Shown here: one piece after another, positions 17,071-26,811 of the stretch
Layout of the letters: each line of letters starts with the position of its first letter
How positions within the stretch are numbered: position 1 is the stretch's first letter
Assembly (NCBI GenBank): GCA_052389675.1
Contig: JBQTHR010000032.1
Location: 17,262-81,261 of the forward strand
DNA from: Actinomycetota bacterium
GTDB taxonomy: Bacteria > Actinomycetota > CADDZG01 > JAHWKV01
Reading direction: 5' to 3'
DNA: 64,000 bases
Notes under the pieces: model-generated
Seen by the model: the letters and a program-made list of their open reading frames with translations, nothing else
What the model was told of the DNA's origin: nothing
The model's database searches: none
Program-made: the position numbers and the translations under genes

Positions 17071-18765
17071 ATGAGGGGCTCCGCCGGACGGGACGCGCGG
17101 TCTTGGACTGCTCTGGTAGGTGTCATCGCGCTGATCACCGCGGCACCGGCGGGCGTGATCTTTTGGAGCCTGTTCACCCCCAGTGGCGACGTCTGGCGTC
17201 ATCTTTGGCAGACCCGGCTGCCCGAGATGATTCTGTCGACATTCGGGTTGCTGGCTCTGGTGGTCACCGGGACACTGATCCTGGGCGGCGGCTTGGCCTG
17301 GCTGGTGTCAGGCTACGAGTTTCCCGGCCGCAAGGCGTTCTGCTGGATGCTGGTGCTCCCGCTGGCCATCCCCGGCTACATCCTGGGATTCGTCTTCATG
17401 TCGGTTTTCGGCTTCACCGGGCCCATCCAGGGGGCTTTGAGGTCGGTGTTCGGCTCGGATATCCGGGTGCCGGAGATTCGATCGATCTGGGGGGCGGCGC
17501 TGGTGCTCTCGCTCTGCCTGTACCCATACGTTTACTTGCTGGCCCGGGCGGCGATGCGGGAACAGGCCACGGCCGGCTACGAGGCGGCTCGTTCCTTGGG
17601 CTACAGCCATCTCAAGGCGGCCTACCACGTGGTGTTTCCGATGGCGCGTCCGTCTTTGGTGGCCGGGCTGTCGCTGGTCTTGCTGGAGACATTGACTGAC
17701 TTCGCCACAGTCATCTATTTCAACGTGCAGACCGTGTCGGTGGGGGTCTACCGGGTGTGGAAGGGGATGTTCGACCGGGCGGCGGCTGGTGAGTTGGCGT
17801 CGCTGGTGCTGGTCTTTGCGCTGGCGGTGTTCGGGCTGGAGCGAGCTTTAAGGGGGAAGGCACGCTATGAGCAGCAGGGTGGGGCCCCCCGTCCTTTGCC
17901 CCACAAAGCTCTGCACGGGCGCCGGGCCTGGCTGGCCACCGGCACTTGCTTGGTGGTTCTGGCCGCCGGATTCTTCGCCCCGGTGCTGCAGTTGATCTTC
18001 TGGGCGGTATCTGAAGCTCTTGCCGGCCGGCAGGGCTTCGACGTCGATTTCTTGAGCTATCTGGGCAACAGCGCGCTCTTGGCGCTCATTGCCGCCGCAC
18101 TGGTCGCTCTTATTGCGGTGGCCGTGGTGAACGCCCGCCGGATTGCCGGCAACCGTCCGTTAAAGGCGATGGCGCAGCTGACCCTGACCGGCTATGCGCT
18201 GCCCGGGCCGGTTATCGCAATCGGCGTCCTGTTGGTGCTGGCCGGACTGGACCGCGGCCTGGTGGCGGTGGGCATCCCTACTCCCGGCCTGCTGGTCACC
18301 GGTACGATTGCCGGGGTGGTCTACGCCTACATGGTGCGCTTCCTGGCGCTCGGGGTTAACTCCGTGGAGGCCAGCATGCAGAAGGTCCCCCAGGAGTTGA
18401 CATTGACCGCCCGGACGCTGGGCGCCGGACCGGCGGCGGTGATGGCCCGGGTGCACCTGCCGCTAATGCGCACCGGGGTGGTCACGGCGCTTTTGCTGGT
18501 GGGCATCGACGCTTTGAAGGAACTCCCCATGGTCCTGCTGCTGCGCCCGTTCGGCTTCGATACCCTGCCGGTGTGGGTATGGCAGCTGGCCTCAGAGTCG
18601 CGCTGGGAGTCGGCTGCGCTCCCCGCGCTGGCGATCATCCTGGCGTCGCTCGTCCCGGTGGTGCTGCTCACCCGGAGTATGAGGGGTACCTCCGCCCCGT
18701 CCATTGCCCTGCCGGTTCCCACACCTCCCTTGGGAGCCGATGAGCTGGTGGGAGGTAGGGTCTGA
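17071..18765 (+). CDS. iron ABC transporter permease (duplicated TM domain, FbpB-like)
   Basis: 564 aa with two tandem permease halves, immediately downstream of the binding protein. Confidence 0.85.
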   Translation: MRGSAGRDARSWTALVGVIALITAAPAGVIFWSLFTPSGDVWRHLWQTRLPEMILSTFGLLALVVTGTLILGGGLAWLVSGYEFPGRKAFCWMLVLPLAIPGYILGFVFMSVFGFTGPIQGALRSVFGSDIRVPEIRSIWGAALVLSLCLYPYVYLLARAAMREQATAGYEAARSLGYSHLKAAYHVVFPMARPSLVAGLSLVLLETLTDFATVIYFNVQTVSVGVYRVWKGMFDRAAAGELASLVLVFALAVFGLERALRGKARYEQQGGAPRPLPHKALHGRRAWLATGTCLVVLAAGFFAPVLQLIFWAVSEALAGRQGFDVDFLSYLGNSALLALIAAALVALIAVAVVNARRIAGNRPLKAMAQLTLTGYALPGPVIAIGVLLVLAGLDRGLVAVGIPTPGLLVTGTIAGVVYAYMVRFLALGVNSVEASMQKVPQELTLTARTLGAGPAAVMARVHLPLMRTGVVTALLLVGIDALKELPMVLLLRPFGFDTLPVWVWQLASESRWESAALPALAIILASLVPVVLLTRSMRGTSAPSIALPVPTPPLGADELVGGRV

Positions 18766-18767
18766 GG

Positions 18768-19931
18768 ATGATTAGGGTGGCGCAACCTCGTAGAAACGGG
18801 CGCCGAAGCCCTCGATCTCTTACAAGCTCCGGTCCGGCGATGATTCAGGCCGTGCAAACCCGTGGAACGGACGCAGCGCAGCTGCCCGGCGCTTCTGCCG
18901 TGGAGGTCCGGGGCCTGAGCAAGCGGTTCGGTGCTGCGCCTGCGGTGGACAACGTCGAGCTGGTTTTGGAACCGGGCGACTTCCTGACGCTGGTGGGACC
19001 GAGCGGGTGCGGCAAGTCGACGCTGCTGCGCATGATCGCCGGCCTTATAGAGCCCGACCTGGGTGAAGTGGCGCTGGCCGGGAAGAAGGTGTTCGCCCCG
19101 GGGGTCTGGGTGCCGCCCGAGGAGCGAGCAGTCGGGTTGGTCTTCCAGGAGAACACCCTGTTCCCGCATCTAAGTGTTGCTGCCAACGTCAGCTTCGGCC
19201 TCAAAAGGCTCGAGGCGGCTACCCGGGACCGGCGCATAGCCGAAGTGCTGGAACTGGTCGACCTGCCCGGCTACGGCAGTCGTTTTCCTCACGAGCTCTC
19301 CGGCGGTGAGCGTCAGAGGGTGGCCCTGGCCCGGGCGCTGGCTCCGGCGCCTACGGTGCTGCTGTTGGACGAGCCGTTCGCCAATTTGGACCCCAACTTA
19401 CGGAGCCAGGTGCGCTCCCAAACGGTGCAGATCCTGCGCCGGGCGGGGGCATCGGTGCTGTTCGTCACTCACGATCAGCAGGAGGCGATGTCCGTGGGCG
19501 ACCGTGTGGCGGTGATGCGCGGGGGCAGGATTGAGCAGATCGGACCGCCCAAGGAGGTCTTCCATCTGCCGTGCAACCGGTTCGTGGCAAGCAGCCTGGG
19601 GGAGGCTTATTTCCTGCGGGCGCACCTGTCGGAAGGCGGTTTCCTTACGACCGAGATCGGCACCTGCGAGTGCGCCCGAGAAGTCCCGGCGGGACAGATT
19701 GAGATCATGGTCCGCCCTCACGACGTCTCATTCGACTTGCACAGCGAGGCCAACGCCGAGGTGGTCGGGGTTGAGTTCCAGGGAGCCGTGATCCTCTACG
19801 ACGTCCAGATGCCCTCCGGCAGGATGGTCCGGTGCCAGTTGCCTCACACAGTGGACGTCGAGCTTGGGACCCCGGTGCGGGTGAAGCTCGCCCATGGGCA
19901 CGACCCGGTGATTTTGCCCGTCAGCAGTTGA
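18768..19931 (+). CDS. iron ABC transporter ATP-binding protein (FbpC-like)
   Basis: Walker A GPSGCGKST, signature LSGGERQRVALAR and Walker B LLLDEPF, with a C-terminal regulatory/OB-like extension. Confidence 0.9.
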   Translation: MIRVAQPRRNGRRSPRSLTSSGPAMIQAVQTRGTDAAQLPGASAVEVRGLSKRFGAAPAVDNVELVLEPGDFLTLVGPSGCGKSTLLRMIAGLIEPDLGEVALAGKKVFAPGVWVPPEERAVGLVFQENTLFPHLSVAANVSFGLKRLEAATRDRRIAEVLELVDLPGYGSRFPHELSGGERQRVALARALAPAPTVLLLDEPFANLDPNLRSQVRSQTVQILRRAGASVLFVTHDQQEAMSVGDRVAVMRGGRIEQIGPPKEVFHLPCNRFVASSLGEAYFLRAHLSEGGFLTTEIGTCECAREVPAGQIEIMVRPHDVSFDLHSEANAEVVGVEFQGAVILYDVQMPSGRMVRCQLPHTVDVELGTPVRVKLAHGHDPVILPVSS

Positions 19932-19946
19932 TGGTCTCTCGGGCCC

Positions 19947-21314
19947 TTAGTCCTCTACCACCTGCAGGGCGAAGCGGGTGCGGGCTGCTTGCCAGATGCC
20001 CCGGTCGACAGTTGCTGAGCCCGACAGCGCCTGCGCCGCCGCCCAGCCCATCTCAAGGGCATGGTGCGAATTGTTGTGGGCGAACGAACCGTGCCGGCCG
20101 AAGCTGAGCAGTCCAGGGATTGTGTCCGCCCAGGTTTGCAGGATCGTTAGGTTGCGTTCGTAGTCGAGGTCATAGACCGGGTATGCGGCAGGCAGCCGAC
20201 GCACCGCGACCGATATCGGCCGGGCTTCGGGTAGCCCCAAGCCCCGCAACCCGTCTAGCACCAGAGCCTGCAGGTCCTTTTGGGGCGAGTTCCAGATCCC
20301 GTCTCCAGCGGAGCACGGGATTTCGAAGCACAAGACTGTGGTGCCGGTGGGATCGTCGCCGTCCCGGTAGTTCTTAGGCTCCGAGATTCTGGTGATTGCA
20401 GTCAGGGATCCGGGGACGTAGTGGGCGTCGAACGGGGTGTATCGGTTGACCGGAAGGGTCAGGTAGACCAGCATCATGGCACGGGAGCGCAACCTTGCCG
20501 CAGCTTCCATCACCTCTGGCGGCGCGGCCGGGTGAACCAGGGCCGGCAGCCGGGCGATGGGAATGGTCGACCACAGTAGCCTGCCCTCCAGCTGGTCTTC
20601 GCCCGCCGACACCAGGAAGCCCTCCGGGGTACTTTCAATAGCGTTTACCGGGCAGCCGCACCGGATGTCCACGCCCCGCTCGAGCGCACCGGAGGCCAGC
20701 CGGTCCCAGAGCTGGCCGAACCCGCGGCGGGGATAATAGAACGTGCCTTTGCTCCCCCGGCGAGCGATCCTGCCCAACAGGGTCTTGACTGAGCGCCCGC
20801 TCACCCGGCGCAGTGCCTGCTCGGCATGGATCTGCTCCGGCTCCAATCCCCAGAGTTTCCGGGCATAGGGGAAGTAGAAGCGCCGGCACATCGTGGGACC
20901 CAGGCCGGAAAGGAGCACTCCGGCGAAGCTGGCGTCATCGGCCGGGCGGCGCCGGTTTACCACGGCGTCCCTCGCAGCACTCAGGGCGAAGCTCAACGGG
21001 AGGTGTAGGAGCAGGTCCACCGGGTTGAGCGGGAAACCGATCCAGCGGCCGTCCAGGTGGATGCGGCCGTTGCGCCGGCGGGTTTGCAGATCGTCACCGA
21101 GGAGCTGCCGCAGTTCGCCCATGATCTCGGGCGAGGTGGCCGGGTGTAGCCGGTGGCTTCCGAAGTCTACCGGGTGGCCGCCCACATCGAAGCTGCCTGC
21201 CAGCCCCCCTACCGAGTTCGCTCGCTCCAGTACAACGATGTTTCTACCCTCGGCGGCACGGTAAGCCGCACCCAGGCCCGCCGGGCCCGCCCCGAGAACG
21301 ATGATGTCGAGCAT
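19947..21314 (-). CDS. FAD-dependent oxidoreductase (amine oxidase / UDP-galactopyranose mutase-like fold)
   Basis: N-terminal IIVLGAGPAGLGAAYRAAE Rossmann motif and C-terminal GRHGSF motif. Confidence 0.75.
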   Translation of the reverse strand: MLDIIVLGAGPAGLGAAYRAAEGRNIVVLERANSVGGLAGSFDVGGHPVDFGSHRLHPATSPEIMGELRQLLGDDLQTRRRNGRIHLDGRWIGFPLNPVDLLLHLPLSFALSAARDAVVNRRRPADDASFAGVLLSGLGPTMCRRFYFPYARKLWGLEPEQIHAEQALRRVSGRSVKTLLGRIARRGSKGTFYYPRRGFGQLWDRLASGALERGVDIRCGCPVNAIESTPEGFLVSAGEDQLEGRLLWSTIPIARLPALVHPAAPPEVMEAAARLRSRAMMLVYLTLPVNRYTPFDAHYVPGSLTAITRISEPKNYRDGDDPTGTTVLCFEIPCSAGDGIWNSPQKDLQALVLDGLRGLGLPEARPISVAVRRLPAAYPVYDLDYERNLTILQTWADTIPGLLSFGRHGSFAHNNSHHALEMGWAAAQALSGSATVDRGIWQAARTRFALQVVED

Positions 21315-21411
21315 AAACCCACCTTACGAAAGTAGTTAGGTAAAGATAAGCTACGCCTTCGCGTATGAACGATCCCTCTACGGTTGCCCCCGGGGCTGAC
21401 AACATAACCCA

Positions 21412-23094
21412 ATGCTGAAGCGCCTGCGTCGAAAAGCCTCGCCCGCCGCCCTTGTGGCAGTGGGGGCAGCCGCCCTGCTGATCGCATTTCTGGGTATCCG
21501 CAGTCAGCTGGATCCGGCCGCCCTAACCCGATCCTGGGAACGAATTCGCCAAGCTCCGGAGGGCCTCGCCGTTGTGCTTGCGGTCTACGGCACCTCCTTC
21601 GCGGTTCGTGCGGGGCTGTGGCGACGAGTGTTGCCGTCACTCAGCTTCGGCCACTCGCTGGCCGGTATCCACCTGGGCTTGGCGGCCAACCATCTGCTCC
21701 CTCTGCGCTTGGGGGAGGCGGGCAGGATAGTCAGTGTGGTTAGAAGGGCCCGGGTGCCACTCTCCGCAGCCACAGCCTCCACCGCCAGCCTTCGGGCCGC
21801 CGATCTGCTGGCCTTGATGGGAATCATCGCGGTAGTTGGCCCCGGTTTGATCACCGATCGGGTGTTCGTGGCGTTCGTTTTGCTGGCCACGACCCTGCTG
21901 GTGGTGTTCGGCGCCGGGCTGGTTTGGATCAAGGCGATCAGAGCCGCCGGCCGAGCCGAACTCAATTTACCCGGACCGTTGGTGGCCGGAGGCTGCATGC
22001 TGGCGTGGGTTTTGGAATCGGTGGTTGTGTGGCAGGCTACCCGGTGGGCAGGAATCCCGGTGGAGTTCCGGGAGGCGTTGTTGGTGACCTGTGTGGCAGT
22101 GCTTTCGCAGGTGGTGGCGGTTGCTCCGGGCGGTTTCGGGACCTACGAGGCTGCCGCCGCCGGGGCGCTGGTTGCCTTCGGGGCGCCTGCTGGTCCGGCA
22201 GTGGCGGCGGCACTGGTAACCCATGTGGTGAAGACGCTCTACTCGTTGGGGGCCGGGGGAGTTGCTTTGTTCTTCCCGGCACCCGGCCTGCTCGGCCGGT
22301 TCCGCATCCCACGAGCACGGCCGCCGGCGCCTTGCCCCCCGGCCCCCGCCCAGCAGAAAATCCTGCTCTTTCTCCCCGCCCGCAATGAAGAGCCGAATAT
22401 CGCAGCGGTCATTGAACGGCTACCCGCCGAGGTGCTGGGCTGCCCCACCCACTGCCTGGTCGTCGACGACGGCTCCACCGACGACACCGCCGCCGTGGCC
22501 CGATCCACCGGGGCTGAGGTGATCTCCTGGCCCGAAGGCCAGGGTCTGGGAGCAGGCGTCCGGCTCGGTCTGGCCGAGGGGGCGGCCCGCAGAGCTGCGG
22601 TGATTGCTTTCTGCGACGCCGACGGTGAGTACGATCCGGCCGAACTGGACCGTCTGGCCGGCCCGATTCTGGCCGGTAACGCCGACTACGTGGTGGGCTC
22701 CCGATTCGCCGGTGGCTCCTGCAAGATGAAACGGCACCGCAATGTGGGCAATCGAGCGCTCTCAGTGATGGTCTCGGCGATGTGCCGGCGCCGGATCTCC
22801 GACGGTCAAAGCGGCTACCGGGCGTTCTCGCTGAGTGCGGCGTCCGCTGCGGAAGTGATCCACGACTACAACTACGCCCAGGTGCTTACACTGGACCTGC
22901 TGGCCAAGGGTTTGCGCTACCAAGAGGTGCCCATAAGCTATGCCCATCGCTCACAAGGCCGTTCTTTCGTCAAGCTGATCCCGTACCTTAAAGCGGTCCT
23001 TCCGGCAATCTACCGGGAGTTGAATTCGCCGGATGGGGCTTCATCGAAGATTCCTGCGTCTCCCGAGGGCGCGGCGCCGGCCATCAAGGCATAG
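21412..23094 (+). CDS. fusion protein: flippase-like (LPG-synthase-TM/UPF0104) membrane domain + family-2 glycosyltransferase
   Basis: The N-terminal ~300 aa are polytopic. The C-terminal half has GT2 motifs LFLPARNEE, VVDDGSTDDT and FCDADGEY (DxD). Confidence 0.78.
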   Translation: MLKRLRRKASPAALVAVGAAALLIAFLGIRSQLDPAALTRSWERIRQAPEGLAVVLAVYGTSFAVRAGLWRRVLPSLSFGHSLAGIHLGLAANHLLPLRLGEAGRIVSVVRRARVPLSAATASTASLRAADLLALMGIIAVVGPGLITDRVFVAFVLLATTLLVVFGAGLVWIKAIRAAGRAELNLPGPLVAGGCMLAWVLESVVVWQATRWAGIPVEFREALLVTCVAVLSQVVAVAPGGFGTYEAAAAGALVAFGAPAGPAVAAALVTHVVKTLYSLGAGGVALFFPAPGLLGRFRIPRARPPAPCPPAPAQQKILLFLPARNEEPNIAAVIERLPAEVLGCPTHCLVVDDGSTDDTAAVARSTGAEVISWPEGQGLGAGVRLGLAEGAARRAAVIAFCDADGEYDPAELDRLAGPILAGNADYVVGSRFAGGSCKMKRHRNVGNRALSVMVSAMCRRRISDGQSGYRAFSLSAASAAEVIHDYNYAQVLTLDLLAKGLRYQEVPISYAHRSQGRSFVKLIPYLKAVLPAIYRELNSPDGASSKIPASPEGAAPAIKA

Positions 23095-23113
23095 CCTTGG
23101 CCCCGCGCCGGCG

Positions 23114-24061
23114 CTAGCGCCGGCATGCCGGTTGGGCGGCTTGGTGCCACGCTAATTGAGCTTGCAGTCCAGCCCGCAGATCGACCGACGGCTTCCAACC
23201 CAGTTCCCGCTGCGCTGCTGAGGTGTCTGCCCAGGTGTGGGCGACATCGCCGATGGCAACTGCGCCCCGGTCCACCTCAAGCGCCGTGCCGGTCAACTCC
23301 CGGATCGTGGCCAGGACCTCGTTGAGACTGGTCGGATGGCCGCCGCCGATGTTGTAGCAGGAACCGCCCGGAGCACCCAAAGCCTTGACGGTTGCGTCGA
23401 CTGCGTCCGCCACGTAGGTGAAGTCCCTGCTCTGCCGGCCGCTGCCGAGCACCTGGACTTGCTCGCCGTTAAGTGCCGCCCGGATGAACCGGTGAAACGC
23501 CATGTCCGGCCGCTGGCGGGGGCCGAAGACCGTGAAATAGCGCAGGATGACGACTCTCAGCCCGTACTGGGAACAGTAGGCGGCGGCGAGTTGCTCCATC
23601 GCCTGCTTGGTCACTCCGTAGGGCGACAGCGGCTGCAGGGCCTCCCCCTCGCCGACGGGCAGGTGGGCGGCGTTGCCGTATACCGACGAGGAGGAGGCGA
23701 GAACCGCCGGGAGCGACCTTACCCGCAGTGCTTCCAGCAGGCGCTGGGAGGCTAGGACGTTATCGTGCAGGTAGTCTTCAAAGTCCTGCCCCCAACTTGG
23801 CCGGACCCCGGGCTGGCCGGCTAGGTGGAAGACCCCGTCAATTCCATCGAGTAGCTCGTGCGGATCGGCCTCGATCAGGTCGGCTTGCCGTAACTCGAAT
23901 CCGGGTGCACCGTGAAGGCCGCTGAGATTGGCGAACTTGGTCGCCCGGTCGTAGAAGGGGGAGAAGCGATCCAGACCCACCACCTCATGGCCGTCGCATA
24001 CAAGCCGTTCGCACAGGTGGGAGCCAATGAACCCGGCTGCGCCGGTGACGAGCATTCGCAT
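23114..24061 (-). CDS. NAD-dependent sugar epimerase/dehydratase (SDR family)
   Basis: VTGAAGFIGSHL Rossmann motif and YGVTK (YxxxK) catalytic motif. Confidence 0.88.
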   Translation of the reverse strand: MRMLVTGAAGFIGSHLCERLVCDGHEVVGLDRFSPFYDRATKFANLSGLHGAPGFELRQADLIEADPHELLDGIDGVFHLAGQPGVRPSWGQDFEDYLHDNVLASQRLLEALRVRSLPAVLASSSSVYGNAAHLPVGEGEALQPLSPYGVTKQAMEQLAAAYCSQYGLRVVILRYFTVFGPRQRPDMAFHRFIRAALNGEQVQVLGSGRQSRDFTYVADAVDATVKALGAPGGSCYNIGGGHPTSLNEVLATIRELTGTALEVDRGAVAIGDVAHTWADTSAAQRELGWKPSVDLRAGLQAQLAWHQAAQPACRR

Positions 24062-24070
24062 GGGAAGATC

Positions 24071-25144
24071 CTACGGATTGAGCAGGCTTAGATCGATCTC
24101 GGCCGGGGTGGCGCAGCCGCACAGCAGCATTGCTTCTTGGAGCTCCCGGCGAAAGATCTCCAGCACTGCGGTTGCCCCCTGTTCGCCGGCGGCCACCAGC
24201 CCCCACAGGATCGGCCGGCCGATCAACACCGCCCGAGCACCGAGCGCCAGCGCCTTCACCACGTCGCTGCCCCGGCGGATTCCGCCGTCGACGTAGACCT
24301 CACACGCTCCTCCTACTGCATCGACAACCGGCTGCAGAACCTCGCAGGTGGCCGGGGCGGTGTCCAGCTGGCGGCCGCCGTGGTTCGACACCACAACTGC
24401 CTGAGCGCCTAACTCGGCGCAGTGCCGGGCATCGTCGGGCCGGCACACCCCTTTGACGATCACCGGCATCCGGGTGATCTTGCACAGCCAGAGCAGGTCA
24501 TCGAAGCTGAGTGACTCCTCGAAATGGGCGCGCACGTAGGCGGCCAGTCCTGATCCCTGAACCGGGGGGAAGTCGCCTTTTCCAGCCGGGGCGACGTTTT
24601 CGACGTGGAGTCCGGGCGGGAGACAAAATCCGTTTCGGGCGTCCCGTTCACGGTTGCCCCAGCCGGGCGCGTCGACGGTAAGCACAATTGCCTCGGCACC
24701 AGCCCTTTCCGCCCGCTCCACCAGTGCAGCAGTCAGGCCCCGGTCCTTGTAGATATAAAGCTGGAACCAGCGAGGGCTGGCCGCCTGAGCAAAAACCTGC
24801 TCCATGGCGGTGTTGGATAGTGAACTTAAGATAAACGCCGTACCCGCCTTGGCGGCGGCTCGAGCGGTGGCCGGTTCGCCCTCGGAGCACGCCAGCCGAT
24901 GGAATGCAGTGGGCGCTACCAGCACCGGCATGGAGACCCGCTGACCGAGCACAGTCGTTGACAGGTCCCGGGGACCCACGCTAGCCAGGACCCGGTAGTG
25001 CAGTCTCAGCCTCCGCCAGGCGGCGGTGTTTTCCCTCAGGGTGATTTCATCGAGCGCTCCGCCTTCGTAGTAGTCGAATACCGGCCGATCGAGTTGCTCG
25101 GAGGCGGCACGGGCGTAATCGGCGATGTTGATGAGTTCGCTCAT
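24071..25144 (-). CDS. FMN-dependent alpha-hydroxy acid oxidase/dehydrogenase (lactate/glycolate oxidase family)
   Basis: TVDAPGWGNRERD, VVSNHGGRQLD and DGGIRRGSDV motifs. Confidence 0.88.
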   Translation of the reverse strand: MSELINIADYARAASEQLDRPVFDYYEGGALDEITLRENTAAWRRLRLHYRVLASVGPRDLSTTVLGQRVSMPVLVAPTAFHRLACSEGEPATARAAAKAGTAFILSSLSNTAMEQVFAQAASPRWFQLYIYKDRGLTAALVERAERAGAEAIVLTVDAPGWGNRERDARNGFCLPPGLHVENVAPAGKGDFPPVQGSGLAAYVRAHFEESLSFDDLLWLCKITRMPVIVKGVCRPDDARHCAELGAQAVVVSNHGGRQLDTAPATCEVLQPVVDAVGGACEVYVDGGIRRGSDVVKALALGARAVLIGRPILWGLVAAGEQGATAVLEIFRRELQEAMLLCGCATPAEIDLSLLNP

Positions 25145-25332
25145 CGGGCCATTGTAGGAGTGGAGCGGACACTGTTCGCACCGGAACCGGCGCGCCTAGG
25201 GCCATCCTGTGGGCAACCCGCTAGGCCTGCGCTCCATCCAGCGCGCAAAGGCGAGCCCAATTCGGGGGGATCCGGGAACTGGTGGCCCCGGTGCTCGAAG
25301 TGAAGCGGATGCTGTTTGCGGTGGCCGTCGCA

Positions 25333-26436
25333 CTAAAGGCCCGGCCTCCCGGGCAGCAAGGTTGCTCGCAGGTGCCGGAGCCTGGGCCCGGCAGCAGGGG
25401 CCCGTCCGGCGAGCCCCGGCGGCCCCTGCTGCCGGCGGCGGATCCTTTCGGTGCAGATCATCCCGGTGCTCAGCCAGCTCAATAGCGAAACCAGGAAGAA
25501 GCCACCCGACCATGCCGCCGCCTTGTTGTGCGCCACCGGTCGGGCCGGCTCCATCTCGATGGGCCGGGGCTCGGCTGCTCCGGCAGTTTTCTGATCCTTC
25601 GGTTCATCGGCCGGTTCATCATGCTGCTGCTCGAGGCCGACCTGTACGGCAACTACTGGAGGTGCAAGTGGTACCGGAGGCGCCGGAGGGGGCACGTATG
25701 CCGGTGCCGGTCCCGGTGGCGGAGGCAGGGGAATGATCTGTGGCTGAGGAGCCGGGGCAGATCGGGGAGCCGGGACCAGAGCAGGCGGGACGGGCGGAGC
25801 AGTGCGAGCCGGCGACTGCGGAGCGGCGACCAGCGGCGCAGGTGCCGGCGGAGCAGCGTAGCCCTGGCAGGTGACTGCCTCGCCGGAGTACTGGTCGTCA
25901 CCGATCACCCTCGGGTCCAGCGGGGGAACCGAGGTGCTCGGAGACCTGTCGGCACCGAACTCCACCACCGCAACGGTGAAGGATCGTCCGCCCACCGTCG
26001 CGCACGATACCCCGACGCCGGCGTGCGAGAACGCCGGGTCGAGCAGGTTCTTCCGGTGCAGATCGCTTTTCATCCACTCGATATGGGCGTACCTTGCAGT
26101 CATCGACGGTACCCGGTAGACGATGTTCTCTCCGCCCGCCCGGAAGCCGAGCCCGCGAGCCGGCAGAACATCGATGTGGTAGATGGTGCCCTCGTTGGCC
26201 AGCTTGTGAGCCCAGCGCCGGGCAGCTTGCTGGAGGCGCCCTTCGGCAACGAGTGACCGGATCCCCCGGGCGGCCCGCTCGGCATTGTGAAAGTCTAGGA
26301 TCTGGCGTTCCAGGGTGGCGGTCAGTGCCGGGCTAGCGTGGGCGGGCGACACTTGGATAAACATCAGGCCCAAGGCCAGTATCAAAGCTGTGCCGGTGGT
26401 CCGGACCGCGTTTAAGACGAAACGAGCCTGCCGCAT
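25333..26436 (-). CDS. CAP/SCP (PR-1-like) domain protein with Pro-rich stalk and C-terminal TM anchor
   Basis: ATG at 26436 follows ACGGAGG and is followed by a signal peptide. The CAP core is HNAERAARG...HIEWMKSDLHRKNLLDP...HAGVG. Then come a long PAPxP tract and the helix GGFFLVSLLSWLSTGMI. Confidence 0.72.
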   Translation of the reverse strand: MRQARFVLNAVRTTGTALILALGLMFIQVSPAHASPALTATLERQILDFHNAERAARGIRSLVAEGRLQQAARRWAHKLANEGTIYHIDVLPARGLGFRAGGENIVYRVPSMTARYAHIEWMKSDLHRKNLLDPAFSHAGVGVSCATVGGRSFTVAVVEFGADRSPSTSVPPLDPRVIGDDQYSGEAVTCQGYAAPPAPAPLVAAPQSPARTAPPVPPALVPAPRSAPAPQPQIIPLPPPPGPAPAYVPPPAPPVPLAPPVVAVQVGLEQQHDEPADEPKDQKTAGAAEPRPIEMEPARPVAHNKAAAWSGGFFLVSLLSWLSTGMICTERIRRRQQGPPGLAGRAPAAGPRLRHLRATLLPGRPGL

Positions 26437-26811
26437 GGGAGAGCCTCCGTTTAATTCCGCCCCCACGCCTCGAACCTGAGTACTTATCGGCAGGAAGTCC
26501 TCGTGTTTAAGCAGATGTTTAAAGACTTAGAGAACGACTTAAGAATGAGCACGTGCGGTGGTAAAAGTGCGATTGTTGTGCGTACGGATTGCCACCTACG
26601 GTGCAATTGGCATCCCCATATCGGCCGTTAAGGCGTTAACAATGTGGGCGAGAAGGCCCGGATACGACACAGAGTCCGGGCAACAGCCGTGCCCGGGCCG
26701 GCACGCTATCCCGGGGGCGGGAGCCGAGATCCAGCCACCCGGCTGAGCACGACAGGCAGCTTTCGGCACTAGACTGGCGGAAGCCGGTTTGGACCAGCTC
26801 CCAGGATTCCC

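Noticed and set aside
25528-26256. 242-aa plus-strand ORF antisense to the CAP-domain gene
   Set aside because: The translation is Arg-rich. The minus-strand frame carries a clear signal peptide and CAP motifs.
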